Source of the DNA: Camelus dromedarius
Taxonomy: Eukaryota
NCBI RefSeq assembly: GCF_036321535.1
Contig: NC_087447.1
Span: 13,640,001-13,704,000 of the forward strand
Length of the DNA stretch: 64,000 nucleotides
Direction of reading: 5' to 3'
Shown here: in pieces, positions 52,485-63,138 of the stretch
Layout: every line of letters begins with the position of its first letter
Position numbering within the stretch: position 1 is the first letter of the stretch
Program-made: the position numbers and the translations under genes
The notes under the pieces: generated by a model
The model's database searches: none
Told to the model about the DNA's origin: nothing
The model's input: the letters and a program-made list of their open reading frames with translations, nothing else

Positions 52485-52750
52485 CATAGCACCATGACTT
52501 TTGCTTGCCTTTATTAAGCAATGTTGTATGCCAGGCCCTGGGCAGAGCCCTTCAAATGCATCATCTCATTTAATCTGCTCACCACCACTTGGAGGAAACA
52601 ACAGTGCTTGTTCCTCTTTCTTAGATGAGGAAAATGTGGATTAGAGTGACCGAGAGACTTGGCCAAGTTCTCAGGCAGTGAGGGTTAGAGCCAGACATGC
52701 AACCCAGCGTAACTGGTTTCAAACTCTTAAGTCACTATACAGCACTCCTG
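52485..52750 (-). mobile_element. MIR SINE
   Basis: gccaggccctgggcagagcccttcaaatgcatcatctcatttaatc...ttagatgaggaaaatgtgg...ttggccaagttctcagg. Confidence 0.7.
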
Positions 52751-53278
52751 ACTGGGGACGTTGGTGCATCTGACCAGCCAAAGAGAACACGTTCTCAGCA
52801 GCTAAGGGGTGAGCAGGAAAATGACTGAAGGAGAAGCAGTCTAGCGATGCCCTGGGGAATCTGAAAATACATCAACTCACACTTGATGCATTTGAAGGCA
52901 AGAACCTGAGAAATACTCAGATACTGTACAGCAGGACATTGATCTGGGTTTTGAGGACAAAACAGAGAGCGGGCAGAGAAAGTGAGGATGTCTGTTTTCT
53001 ACAAGGGTCCTTGGTCAGTTCAGGTTTTTTCGCAGCCATAGAGTCCCTCAAAAACCAAGACTGCACGACAACTGACCTTAGTGAGCTCCACCCTCCTCGC
53101 TGAGCAGCGGAAGTCAGGACTCTGGTAGGAGAAGTGAAGGGTTTCAGTAAACTTTTAAGCACAGAGGGTTCAGGGATTCTCGTGTGGAATCGCCCCAGGC
53201 AAAGCCACTACCAGACTTGAACACCTATGCCTCGGAAGTCATAGCACATTCATGCTTAGCAAAAGTACCTTGAGATTT

Positions 53279-53308
53279 GCTAATGAGACCCCAGGGGCAT
53301 CCCAATTA
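53279..53308. promoter_or_regulatory. Lhx2/Ebf (homeodomain plus O/E) composite site
   Basis: GC-TAATGA-GA-CCCCAGGGG followed by CAATTA, with another O/E site CCCTGGGGA at 52850-52858, all in unique sequence. Confidence 0.45.
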
Positions 53309-53939
53309 GAGGAGAGGGACACAGAGACAGCCATACCCCTTGTCACACTAAGGGTGGTTCAGACAAACTTCGGAGGCCAAGGACGTGGCTGTTTTCATCC
53401 TGACTTTGGGTTGCTATGACGACCCATCCCCAACTTACTCATTCAACAATATTTATTAAGCAGTGGCTGTCAGCAGGGCATAGTTATGTGCCATCTATTT
53501 GAGGAAATGAGCTGATATTAAATATAAGCTGATCTGTTTTTTATTGTTGGGTTCTTTTTTTTTCCTTAAGTAGCAGGAACAAGTTTGAGCCAGCCTAGCT
53601 CCTTGACTGCTATGTATGTTAGCACAGCATTTTGAAAAGTGTTTCCACCCTGTGAGTAGGGCAAGCAGACAAGGGGCAGTAATATGGTGCTTAAAAGCAC
53701 AGACCGAGGAGTTAAGTTGCCTTGTTTAAAGGCCAACTTTGTCACCTGGTAGATACAGAGCTTTTAACAAGTGGCTTACCATCTCTGGGATGCCATTCTC
53801 CCACCGGTAATTTTTTTCTTTCTCTGATTTAAATGAATCAATATAAAATATTAACACCACCACCGCCGCTGCCGCCACCACCACCACCACCACCTGGAAG
53901 ATACATAACCACCCCGGCAACTGGGAATATAATTCAAAA

Positions 53940-55158
53940 TTTTAAAAATCAGTAAAAACATAGATCTAAAAAAAACACATGAGCCACCTTAACCTAACTG
54001 ATATTTATAGAGTACCACACCCTAAAACTGAAAAATACTTCTTTCAAGTATACATGGTACATTCACTGAGACAAACTTTATATTGGACTTCAAAACAAAT
54101 TTGAATGTACGTGTAAAAGGAATGGCATCACTCACAATGGAATTAAACTAAAAATCAGTAACAATTAGATATCAAGTAAAAACCCAAATATTTGGAAAAT
54201 AAACAACTTGTAAATTATCCATTGATCAAAGAAGAAATCAGTTTTTAAAAAATTAGAATACATTTTCATTGAATAATAAAAATACATGTGAAATTTTATG
54301 GGATGCAACTAACACGTTACTTAAAGAAACTTTACAGTATAAAATTTTCATATTAGAAATGAAGAAAGATCTAAAATCTATGAACCAAGTTTACAGCTTA
54401 AGAAATATTTTAAAAAGAGCAAATGTAAATACAAGGAAGGGAACAAGAAAGATAACAGAAATTAAATGCATAGAAAATTTAAAAACAGGAAAAATGATGG
54501 GCACAAGCAAGATAATGGGTCTTTGAAGACGTCAAGAAAACCAGTAAGTCCCTAAATAGGCTGCTGAAGAAAAAATCAGAAAACGCATAATTCTTTTATT
54601 TAAGGAAGGAAAAAGATTAGCACTACAGATTTTGCAGAAAATTAAGGATAATGAAAGAATATTATGAACAATCTTAATTTTAATATCAATGTCATTTGTT
54701 GACCTAAAGCCATCAAATTCTACAACTTAGGTGAAAACAGTAAATTTCTAGAAAAATACAACTTACCTAATTGACCCTAATCTGAATAGCCCTATATTTG
54801 TTAAATAAATTGAATTCATAGTTGACAAACATTACACACACCAAAAACCTCCAAACCAACATGATTTCATTGGTTTCATCAAACACTTAAAGAAATAACA
54901 CCAGATTTACACAAATGCTTTCAAAAATAGAAGAGAAAACCTCCCAAGTCATTTATGAGACCAGCATAACTCTGCCACCAAAACCTGACCAAAAAAAATT
55001 TTTTAAGAGAATCACAAACATCACTCCTGAACATATATGCAAAAAAAAATCCTTAATAAAACATATTTGAATTAAATGCAGCAATGTATACAAAGGATTA
55101 TATATCATGACCAAGTGGGATTTATCCCAGGAATGCAAGATTGTTTTAACATTCAAAA
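53940..55158 (+). mobile_element. Old LINE-1 ORF2 fragment
   Basis: A-rich ORF2 with peptides NNKNTCEILWDATNTLLKE and TKWDLSQECKIVLTFK (L1 DQVGFIPGMQGWFNI region). Confidence 0.8.
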
Positions 55159-56630
55159 CTGAGAGAGGCATTTCAAGAGGGCAATGTAGAAAGACCCTGA
55201 ACTTACCTCCTCCCACAGACACACTGAATCTACTGCTACATACAAGACAATTTCCTCTGAAAAAGACCTGGAAACTAGCTGAGCAACTCCTTCACATCAG
55301 GCAAATAAGAAAAAGGTCACTTTGAAGCCAGTAAGAAAGGCTGGGACACAGTCTCTCCATAAACCCCATTCCAGCACAGACCCACAATCAGAAGGGAACT
55401 CACAAGACTGGGGCTTCTCCCTGAGGAGTGAAGGGTTCATACCCCATACTGGACACCCCAGCTTTTAAGACCTGTACCTGAGAGACAAGCCCCCAGCACA
55501 TCTGACTTTGAAAACCAACAGAACTCATGTCCATAAGACCCAAACTGCGAAACAGCTCTGAAGGGGCTCATGGCAGACTCACCCACTCCAGGGTCCAACT
55601 CAGAAACAGCCATTTGGGAGGGGAGGTTACAGCTCAGCCGTGGAGTGTGTGCTCAGCATGCACAAGGTCCTGGGTTCCATCCCCAGTACTTCCATTAAAG
55701 ATAAATAAATAAATAAACCTAATTACCCCCTCAGAACAAAGCAAAACAAGACAAAATTTTTAAAAAGGAAAAGAAAAGAAACAGCCATTTGGAAAGTGCT
55801 CAGACTTTATGTAAAAGAGATTTATTTGCTAAACCTAAAGCATCAGCCAGAGGGGCAAGGGCCCCCGGGACCCTCTCTAGGGATGGTGGCTGGTGGGAGC
55901 TATTTTTACACTTGCCCTCTGCCTTGCTAAAGCCAGAGGACACCATCTCTCTTTTTTTTAACTCTAGACTTTTTTCCCAGCAGGCGCCATTTTTACACTT
56001 TCTCTTTGTCGCACTCCAGAGCACCAATACTCCTGGGGAGGTGGGGTGTGGATTTAACACCCTTTTAGTGCCTCTGTTTTTGTGGCTGCCACCCAGGGGG
56101 TACCCCTTGATCACCTGGCTCTGGAGATCACGGGGCCTTGCACTCCTGGGTCCCGTGGGAATGTAATAATCAGAGACACGGTTCTTGGCCAACTGCCACC
56201 CCACCCAGGGCACTGCGCAGATAGCAGATGGAAACTCATTCCCAGACTTTGTGATAAAGAGGCCTATTTTCTTGTTCAGAAGATTTGGCCTGAGTGGGCA
56301 GGCTTCTAGTCTGGCACATTTCTATGCGTACATGGGGCTGCTCTTGGGGGACATAGCACAAGGGACATCATCTTTGCACACCCCCTGCCTCACTACAGCT
56401 TGCCTGTATCTTCCTGAAAGGACCATTTATATTTGTCTGGAGCCCCAATTTTTGCAACTGTCACCCAGGGAACACCTCCAGATTGCCTGGCTCTGGTGGC
56501 CAACAGGGCTTATGCTTATGATCCCACAGGACTCTACATGTATTTGCATAAAATATGTGTTCTTTTTTTTTTAAAGCTGCTGCCTGAGGGTTTGGCTTGC
56601 AGTCAGCTTCAGTCTAGGCACTGACTGAGA
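55159..56630 (+). mobile_element. LINE-1 5' UTR only
   Basis: Starts gagagaggcatttcaagagggcaatgtagaaagaccctgaacttacctcctcccacagacacac, a laurasiatherian-type L1 5' end. No ORF1 follows. Confidence 0.65.
55618..55776 (+). mobile_element. Vic-1-type SINE inserted in the L1 5' UTR
   Basis: tRNA-like head, (TAAA)n and an A-rich tail. Perfect 16-bp TSD agaaacagccatttgg (55602-55617 and 55777-55792). Confidence 0.92.
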
Positions 56631-56658
56631 TCCTCCTGTTTGGTTTCATCCAACGCAA

Positions 56659-56774
56659 GTGCTCAGCACGCACGAGGCCCTGGGTTCCATCCTCAGTGCT
56701 TCCATTAAAGATAAATAAATAAATAAACCTCATTACCCCCTCAAAACAAAACAAGACAAGACAAAATTTTTAAA
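56659..56774 (+). mobile_element. 5'-truncated Vic-1-type SINE
   Basis: gtgctcagcacgcacgaggccctgggttccatcctcagtgcttccattaaagataaataaataaataaacct. Confidence 0.85.
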
Positions 56775-56949
56775 TTTTGGCAGGGATAATAGGAAGTTTC
56801 CATCGTATGTTGGCACACCCTCAACTACAGGGTGATTTTAGCCAAAGTTATCTGAGTTCACTGAATCCACATAAAACAGGGCAATAATTCTTCCTCCAGT
56901 GCCCACATTCCATGATTCCCTGAATATGATAGTTATGACTAGGTCGCTT

Positions 56950-57560
56950 CTAACACTGTGTATGATTCTCCAGAGTAGGTTTTCACCCACCATGAGAAAA
57001 CCACCATTTCTAGAAGATACACAATGGTGCCCATTTATGTTATTCATCCTGTTGCCAACACCTGGCTTTTCAGACTGTTTCCAAGAGAAGCCATATCTCC
57101 ATCTGATCTCTCTGCTTCCCAGAACACCGCTGAATGTGGATGTTGAGCAAAGATACAAAGTAAGGGAACCAAGGAGATGTCTCCTGAGATGGCTTCTCAA
57201 CTGGTAAAAGCCCTAACACCTAGAATTCTCAGAATGACTTAGGATGACCATGTTTCACCCGATTCGCTTGACGTGAACCACATGCATAAACAAAGTACAG
57301 AACGTCTAGTTCTATACAAGTCACACTTTTTTTTAATTACGAAGAAGACTCTGAATGCTATGAGCCCCATGGCACAGTCTGAAATCGTAATAGAAAGAAG
57401 CAATCGTGGCCTCGTCCCAAAAAGTGAGGCAATTTCAAACCAGGCTGAGTCAACATTTCATGTTCAAGAGAGTCCCCCCCAATTGGACATGCTACATTTT
57501 CTGAGGCACGCCTTCACTCTCATTGATGAAGTTCCTGCCCTGATCCTCTGGACTTGAACT
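56950..57560 (-). pseudogene. Possible very old OR pseudogene remnant (partial paralog at 26060-26310)
   Basis: Frameshift-tolerant reading gives MVILS-ILRI...RAFTS(C)-SHL here and C-D-LHAML-K-ACSET in the 26-kb copy. Motif spacing is imperfect. Confidence 0.35.
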
Positions 57561-60394
57561 TTAGCCAAAGACTTGCCTCCGCTTTCCCTGTTCAGAATGG
57601 AGGTCATTTCCTAAAGTTTTCCAATCCATAACCAAGCCACAGGAGACCTGGCTACAACCAACCAAGAAAGAAGTGTAAGCATAGTATATGATAGTGGTTT
57701 TTAAACTTTTTTGGGATTTTAATACTTTTTATCAACATAAACATATAAAATAGATTTTTAAAAAGAGATAATCAGTTGTTTTGATTGAAGTCCCACACAC
57801 GCCTGTTCGGCTGCCTCGTATCCTCTCCTGCTCTGCTCCTGCACCAACCCCTGTGGTACCTGAAGAATCCTGGACTCTCAATCCTGGCTCACAAACAGCT
57901 GGTACAGAAAAAGCATCAAGGGCTTTGGAAGCGTCTTTGACCTTCAGTTTCCTCAGCTGCAAAGTGAGCATTGTTCCCCCGACAGGGCAGTGACCTCCTG
58001 AGATTTAACTTTAGGAAATTTAGTGGAGGATGCTCAGTTCAGTTTTCTGATTCTTATTTTCTGATCTGTGTGATATTCTTAAGAATTGTGCCATTTTCAG
58101 CATTATGTCAGTAGGAAAATAATCTCTTCTTGGCGGACGCATTGGGTTTTGACCCCAAGGATTAGGTGACTCTCCCAGCTCAACGCCCAGGTTTTGGCTC
58201 CATGAGAAGAGGGGCCTGAGCAGACAGAAGCATCATACCTTCCTGCTTTCCTGCCCTCCACTTCCAGATCTGGGTCTCAGGTCCCGGTTTTCTGTGGACC
58301 CAGGAATACAGTGTGAACCTATATAGCATGAAGGCAGTTCATGCTACATTTTTAAAAATACTTTTTATTTACTCTGAATTGATTCCAGGGGAGAAAATCT
58401 GACAATTAAAAAAAATTATCAGGCCTCAGATTTGGAATTCAGAGACTTAGATGTGTTTATGTCCTGGTGATCTTTAAGAAAAGCAGAGGAATATACAGAG
58501 AGAGCAGGAGCTTAGAAATCAGGCAAACGGGTTTGAACTCAGGCTTTGTGGGTTAGTAACTCTGTGACCTTGATCAAGACACTGACCTACCAAAGATTCA
58601 GTCTCTTCGTCTGCAAAAGAGAGGATGCATACCCATCTCACCAGAGTGTTTTAGGGTCAAATGAGATAAAATACATGAAATCTCTCGGTTCATTGTAAAA
58701 TACACACACACACATACATGTTGCTTCTTTGTTTATAAACATTATTCTCAGAAACAATGTAAGGAGTGATTATTGATTTGTCTTAAGTGATGTGATATCA
58801 GTGTATTATTTAGAAAATTGAGACAAAAATAAAGCTGTAATAACTATTATTCACTTACAGTGTGAAGCACCAATGATTTCCAGAAATTTAATTGACCAAA
58901 TATTTATTAAGTTTTACTGTATGTCACTTAAAGCAAGATACAAAGATAAATATGATTCAGGCCATATTCTCAAGAGTGGCATTCTGATGGAGGAAAATGA
59001 ACACTGAAATAAAGCTAGTAAAGGCCTTACGGGATCCCTGCTGAGTGCTTTGGGAGTTCAAACAAGGAAAAGGACTTATCCAGATAGGATGATCATGGAA
59101 GCTTCCCAAAGGCAGCAGCATTTCAGGTGGGCATTGGAAGGTAGGTCAGATGTTGATCAGTAGAGATGGGAAAATATTTTAGATGGCAGGCACTAGGGGA
59201 TGTTCAGAAAACAATGAGCTTTACCAGAGTGTAAGTGAACATCAAAATAGAACATTAAGAGTGGGTCATGCCTTAAGGGTGTTACGAGTCAAGTAGGAGT
59301 TTGTGGTTGATTCAGAAGGCAATTGGGGAGTCACTGAAGACTTTTGAGGAGGGGTGGTATATTCTTCTAAAGTGGGGTGATGGTTACATACAGTAGGACT
59401 CAAAAAAATGATTGAAGTATCATAGGACAAGCAGTGAGGACCCAAGGGCAGTTAAGTCCGTACTGTAATCACCAGGCAGCTCCAGAATGAGGCATAGAAA
59501 GGAGTGGGGTGCTCACGGCTAGAGAGCGACAAGGCACTGTGGCTGTGTAAGAGGGCAGGTTATTGGGGTGTGTTGTTGGAATGGCTGAGAAACTCAAGAA
59601 GGTAAGAGGCTGAAGACAGAGAAAATTAACGGGCCAAACAAAAGCATAAGGAAGGGAAACATGAGAATTAAAAAGACAGACAGGTATGAACAGAAGAGAA
59701 TTTTAAACATCAAAAAGTAATGATACATGGAAAATAAAACTTGTGCCTGAGTAGATATCATTGACTAGTGCTTTCAAATCACTTAAAATCTCCTTGTGGT
59801 TCCATCTGATTCCTTGAACACCTGAATATAATGATGGCATGAGTTCATGGGAATCTCTGTCAAAAGCCAAAATACTTCCTGTTCTGAGGACCAAATCCTG
59901 CTAACTCAGCTTGGCCTGCCCAGAACCCACTGGACAAATCCTCCTATGTCGGCTCCATAGAATTTCTAAGCATTGGCGTGACCCCTACTTCCTTCCTAAC
60001 CTTTCACCTCCCCAAATCCAAAGGTCAGGCTCTTCAAACACAAAGGGCACTCAGACACTGTTCCCCAAAGCAGGTCCTTGTCCTCTCCCACCGACCTCTT
60101 CACTATTCCCAGAGAGCGCCTGGATTTCTGGAGCGTTTGTTCTCTCGAAACTAGCCAATCTGCCTCAAGGTCACCGTCAAATGTGGAAGTGCAGCACCAG
60201 AGGACCCCCTCCTAGACTTTATCCTAGAGACCCCATCAGTCCTATCCAAGCCCATAAAGATGAGGGAACTGAAACTTAAAGAAAGAAGGTGACTGGCCCA
60301 AGGCCACCTGGCCACTTAAAGGTAGAGGAAGCATGGGATCTCGGTGCCACAGTTCCCCGTCCCTTGCCCCTCCTGTTTTCCCTGACTAAATCCC

Positions 60395-61324
60395 CTATTT
60401 CTTGTCCCAAATCACTTTCCTCCCCATCAGTCTCCTCATGGCGCTTTTGACTTCAGCATTCCTGAAGGAGTAAATGACGGGGTTTAAGAGAGGTGTGACC
60501 ACCGTGTAGAACACGGCGACTACCTTGTCTGCAGGGAGGGTGACACAGGGCCTCATGTAGACAAAGGAACAGGGGATGAAGAACAGGGCCGCCACTGCAA
60601 CGTGAGCGGCGCAGGTGGAGAGGGCCTTGCGCCGGCCTTCTGAGGTCTGGGTCCTCAGGGACTGCAGGATGACCACGTAGGAAGCGAGCAGCCCAGTGAA
60701 GCTGGCCACGGAGATGGACCCGCCATTGGTGATGACGAGTATGCCGATGAGGAAAGTGTCCGAGCAGGCCAGCTTCAGCACCGGGTGAACGTCACAGAAG
60801 TAGTGGTCGAGGACCTGGGGGCCGCAGAAGGGCAGCTGGAAGATGAGGAAGGTTTGCCCGGCAGAATGCAGCAAGCCCCCACCCCACGCCACCCCCACCA
60901 GGAGGCCACACGCGCGCCGGCTCATGATGACAGTGTAGTGCAGGGGCTTGCAGATGGCCACGTAGCGGTCGTAGGCCATCACCGTCAGGAGAAAGATCTC
61001 GGCGCCACCAAAGAAATGGAGGAAAAATATCTGTGTGATGCAGCCCTTGAGGGAAATGACTTTCCTCCCCAAAAAAGAATCAAGGATGAGTCTGGGGACC
61101 GTGACAGAACAGTAACAGATCTCCGCAAAGGATAAATAGCCAAGGAAGAAATACATGGGGGAGGTGAGCCCCCTGCTGGCCATGATGGTCACCACAATGA
61201 GGCCATTACCGAGCACAATGGCCGTGTACGTGAGGAGAAACACCACAGAAATTAACTTCTGCACATCCCGGTTCTGGGAAAATCCCAAGAATATGATTTC
61301 AGTCACATTGCTTGTAGCAGCCAT
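60395..61324 (-). CDS. OR4X1: Olfactory receptor OR4X1 (309 aa, intact)
   Basis: MAATSNVTEIIFLGFSQN, GNGLIVVTI, EICYCSV, GQTFLIFQLPFCGP, TNGGSISV and RPCVTLPADK match recalled human OR4X1. Acceptor atttctgtgattgcAG at 61349-61350. Confidence 0.93.
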   Translation of the reverse strand: MAATSNVTEIIFLGFSQNRDVQKLISVVFLLTYTAIVLGNGLIVVTIMASRGLTSPMYFFLGYLSFAEICYCSVTVPRLILDSFLGRKVISLKGCITQIFFLHFFGGAEIFLLTVMAYDRYVAICKPLHYTVIMSRRACGLLVGVAWGGGLLHSAGQTFLIFQLPFCGPQVLDHYFCDVHPVLKLACSDTFLIGILVITNGGSISVASFTGLLASYVVILQSLRTQTSEGRRKALSTCAAHVAVAALFFIPCSFVYMRPCVTLPADKVVAVFYTVVTPLLNPVIYSFRNAEVKSAMRRLMGRKVIWDKK

Positions 61325-61478
61325 GTTTTAAGGCGCTGGAGCTGAGACCTGCAATCACAGAAATCAAAGGTCGCCTCAATAATGAGAAACATCCTTTTCA
61401 GGTCTTGAGGACAATTGTCATTCTACTCTCTCTTGAGTCCCCTCTGTACCTTGAGTGTCTCCAAACACGTCCTCATTA

Positions 61479-61615
61479 GGGAGGAGGATACAGCTTAGTG
61501 GTAAAGCGCATATCTAGCATGCACAAGGTCCTGGGTTCAATTCCCAGTACCTCTGTTTAAAAAAATAAACAAATAAATAAACCTAAAATTATCCCCCCCC
61601 CCCATTTAAAAAATG
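61479..61615 (+). mobile_element. Vic-1-type SINE just upstream of the OR4X1 coding exon
   Basis: gggaggaggatacagcttagtggtaaagcgcatatctagcatgcacaaggtcctgggttcaattcccagtacc...aataaataaacctaa...ccccc. Confidence 0.88.
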
Positions 61616-62764
61616 CTCTCCTTGAGACAAATAGACAAAACAAAGGTCATCAGATGCTTGATATTATTCCCAAAATAGCATCTCAGTTTGTAATAATGCT
61701 TCCTTGAAGCGTTTTCCCTGATTCAGGCACATGCAATAGCTGACGAATCCTTATGATAAAAATAAGAGGAAATTTTATACATAAAAATTGAAACTCAGAG
61801 AGAGCTAGTCACTAATTCAAGGCCACACAGCTCATTTTTTAACTGAAGTCTGTATCTTTCAAAATGTAGATGTTCCTATTACATAGCCTAGCCCTGAAGT
61901 GTGCACTTGTATTTGGCTGCATGATAAGAGTTTTGATCAGTCTTGCCTCACACCATAATGTGGAACAAAATTTCTGCTGCGACTGCTAGGGTTTTTCAAC
62001 CTTAGTTATACTACAATTATTGAAACTAGCCTAGCTTCCTAACAGGCATGAGAGAGACTCTGGCTGAAAGGGGAAAGGACAGTCATCAAGCTTCAACCAC
62101 TGTCCTTGGGGGTGGATACGGAGAGGAGGAGATGTGAGTCGGTCTTCAGGGGGCTCTGAGGACTGACGAAGGGTAATCAGACACAGAAAATCCACAACCA
62201 CAGTTCTGAAGTCGTCACACCCTCGGGGTGAGGCAAGCCCTCCCAGCAAAGCTGAGGGTCCCCTGAGTTGATATTCATACACCTCACAGCCAGCTTGCAG
62301 TCCAGGCCAGCCTGTGCCCGCCAACCTGGTGACAGGAACACCGGGTATGAGGTCAGGAGACATGGCTTCAACACAACCGTTTAGTAGCTGTGTGACATTA
62401 ACAAGTCTACCATTTGCCTCCATGCCTGTAATTTTCATCTGAAAAACAGAAATAAAAATACCTTTTCCATGGTGCTGTTGTGAGAACTGAATGAGCTCAC
62501 AAGTTTTAAAACAAATAATAATTGTATAACAGGATAATTGATAAGAGTATCAGAGAATAACTGATTTAAGCTTTTACTCCGCCTTATCACCCTGTTAGTG
62601 CAGAATGTGATGGGGACTCATTAAGGTGCTCCTGCTTCAGAGGCAGCTGTGACACCCACCTTTGTTTGTATAGACTTGCAACATCCTGGGATTCTGATTG
62701 AAGCATCTCACAACTAGCTTATGGAATAGTGGGCTATGTAACAACACAGGGCCGAATACGCTGT

Positions 62765-63073
62765 GTGATGTGCTAAGCCAGTCACACAAAGAAAAATACC
62801 GCATGAGCCCACTTGTATGGTGTCCACAGAGTAGGAAAATTCACAGAGGCGGAAAGTAGAAGGGTGTTCACCAGAGGCTGGGAGGAGGGGGAAAGTGGAG
62901 TTAGTGTTTAATGGGTGCAGGTACAGAATTTCAGTTTGCAACAACAAAAGGAGCTCTTGAGATGGATGGTGGTGATGGTTGCACAGCGATGTGAATGTTC
63001 TTTAATATACTGAATTGTACACGTAAAAGTGGTTAAAGTGGTACGTTTTATGTTATTTGTATTCTATCACAAT

Positions 63074-63074
<1 letters not shown>
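62765..63074 (+). mobile_element. LINE-1 3' end (L1MB-like)
   Basis: ggagttagtgtttaatgggtgcagg...gagatggatggtggtgatggttgcacagcgatgtgaatg...ttttatgttatttgtattctatcacaatt. Confidence 0.8.
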
Positions 63075-63121
<47 letters not shown>

Positions 63122-63138
63122 GATTTATAGATAGATAA
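63075..63138. repeat. (GATA)n microsatellite at the L1 tail
   Basis: About 12 uninterrupted TAGA units plus a short interrupted extension. Confidence 0.95.

Noticed and set aside
8011-61135. Plus-strand ORFs overlapping the OR genes (8011-8256, 8275-8688, 16431-16937, 37490-37924, 47111-47686, 60785-61135)
   Set aside because: Antisense shadows of hydrophobic, GC3-rich OR codons. They recur at equivalent positions in each paralog and have no independent features.
5860-61615. tRNA-Ala genes
   Set aside because: The tRNA-like heads carry SINE bodies, (TAAA)n tails and in two cases TSDs, so they are Vic-1 SINEs.
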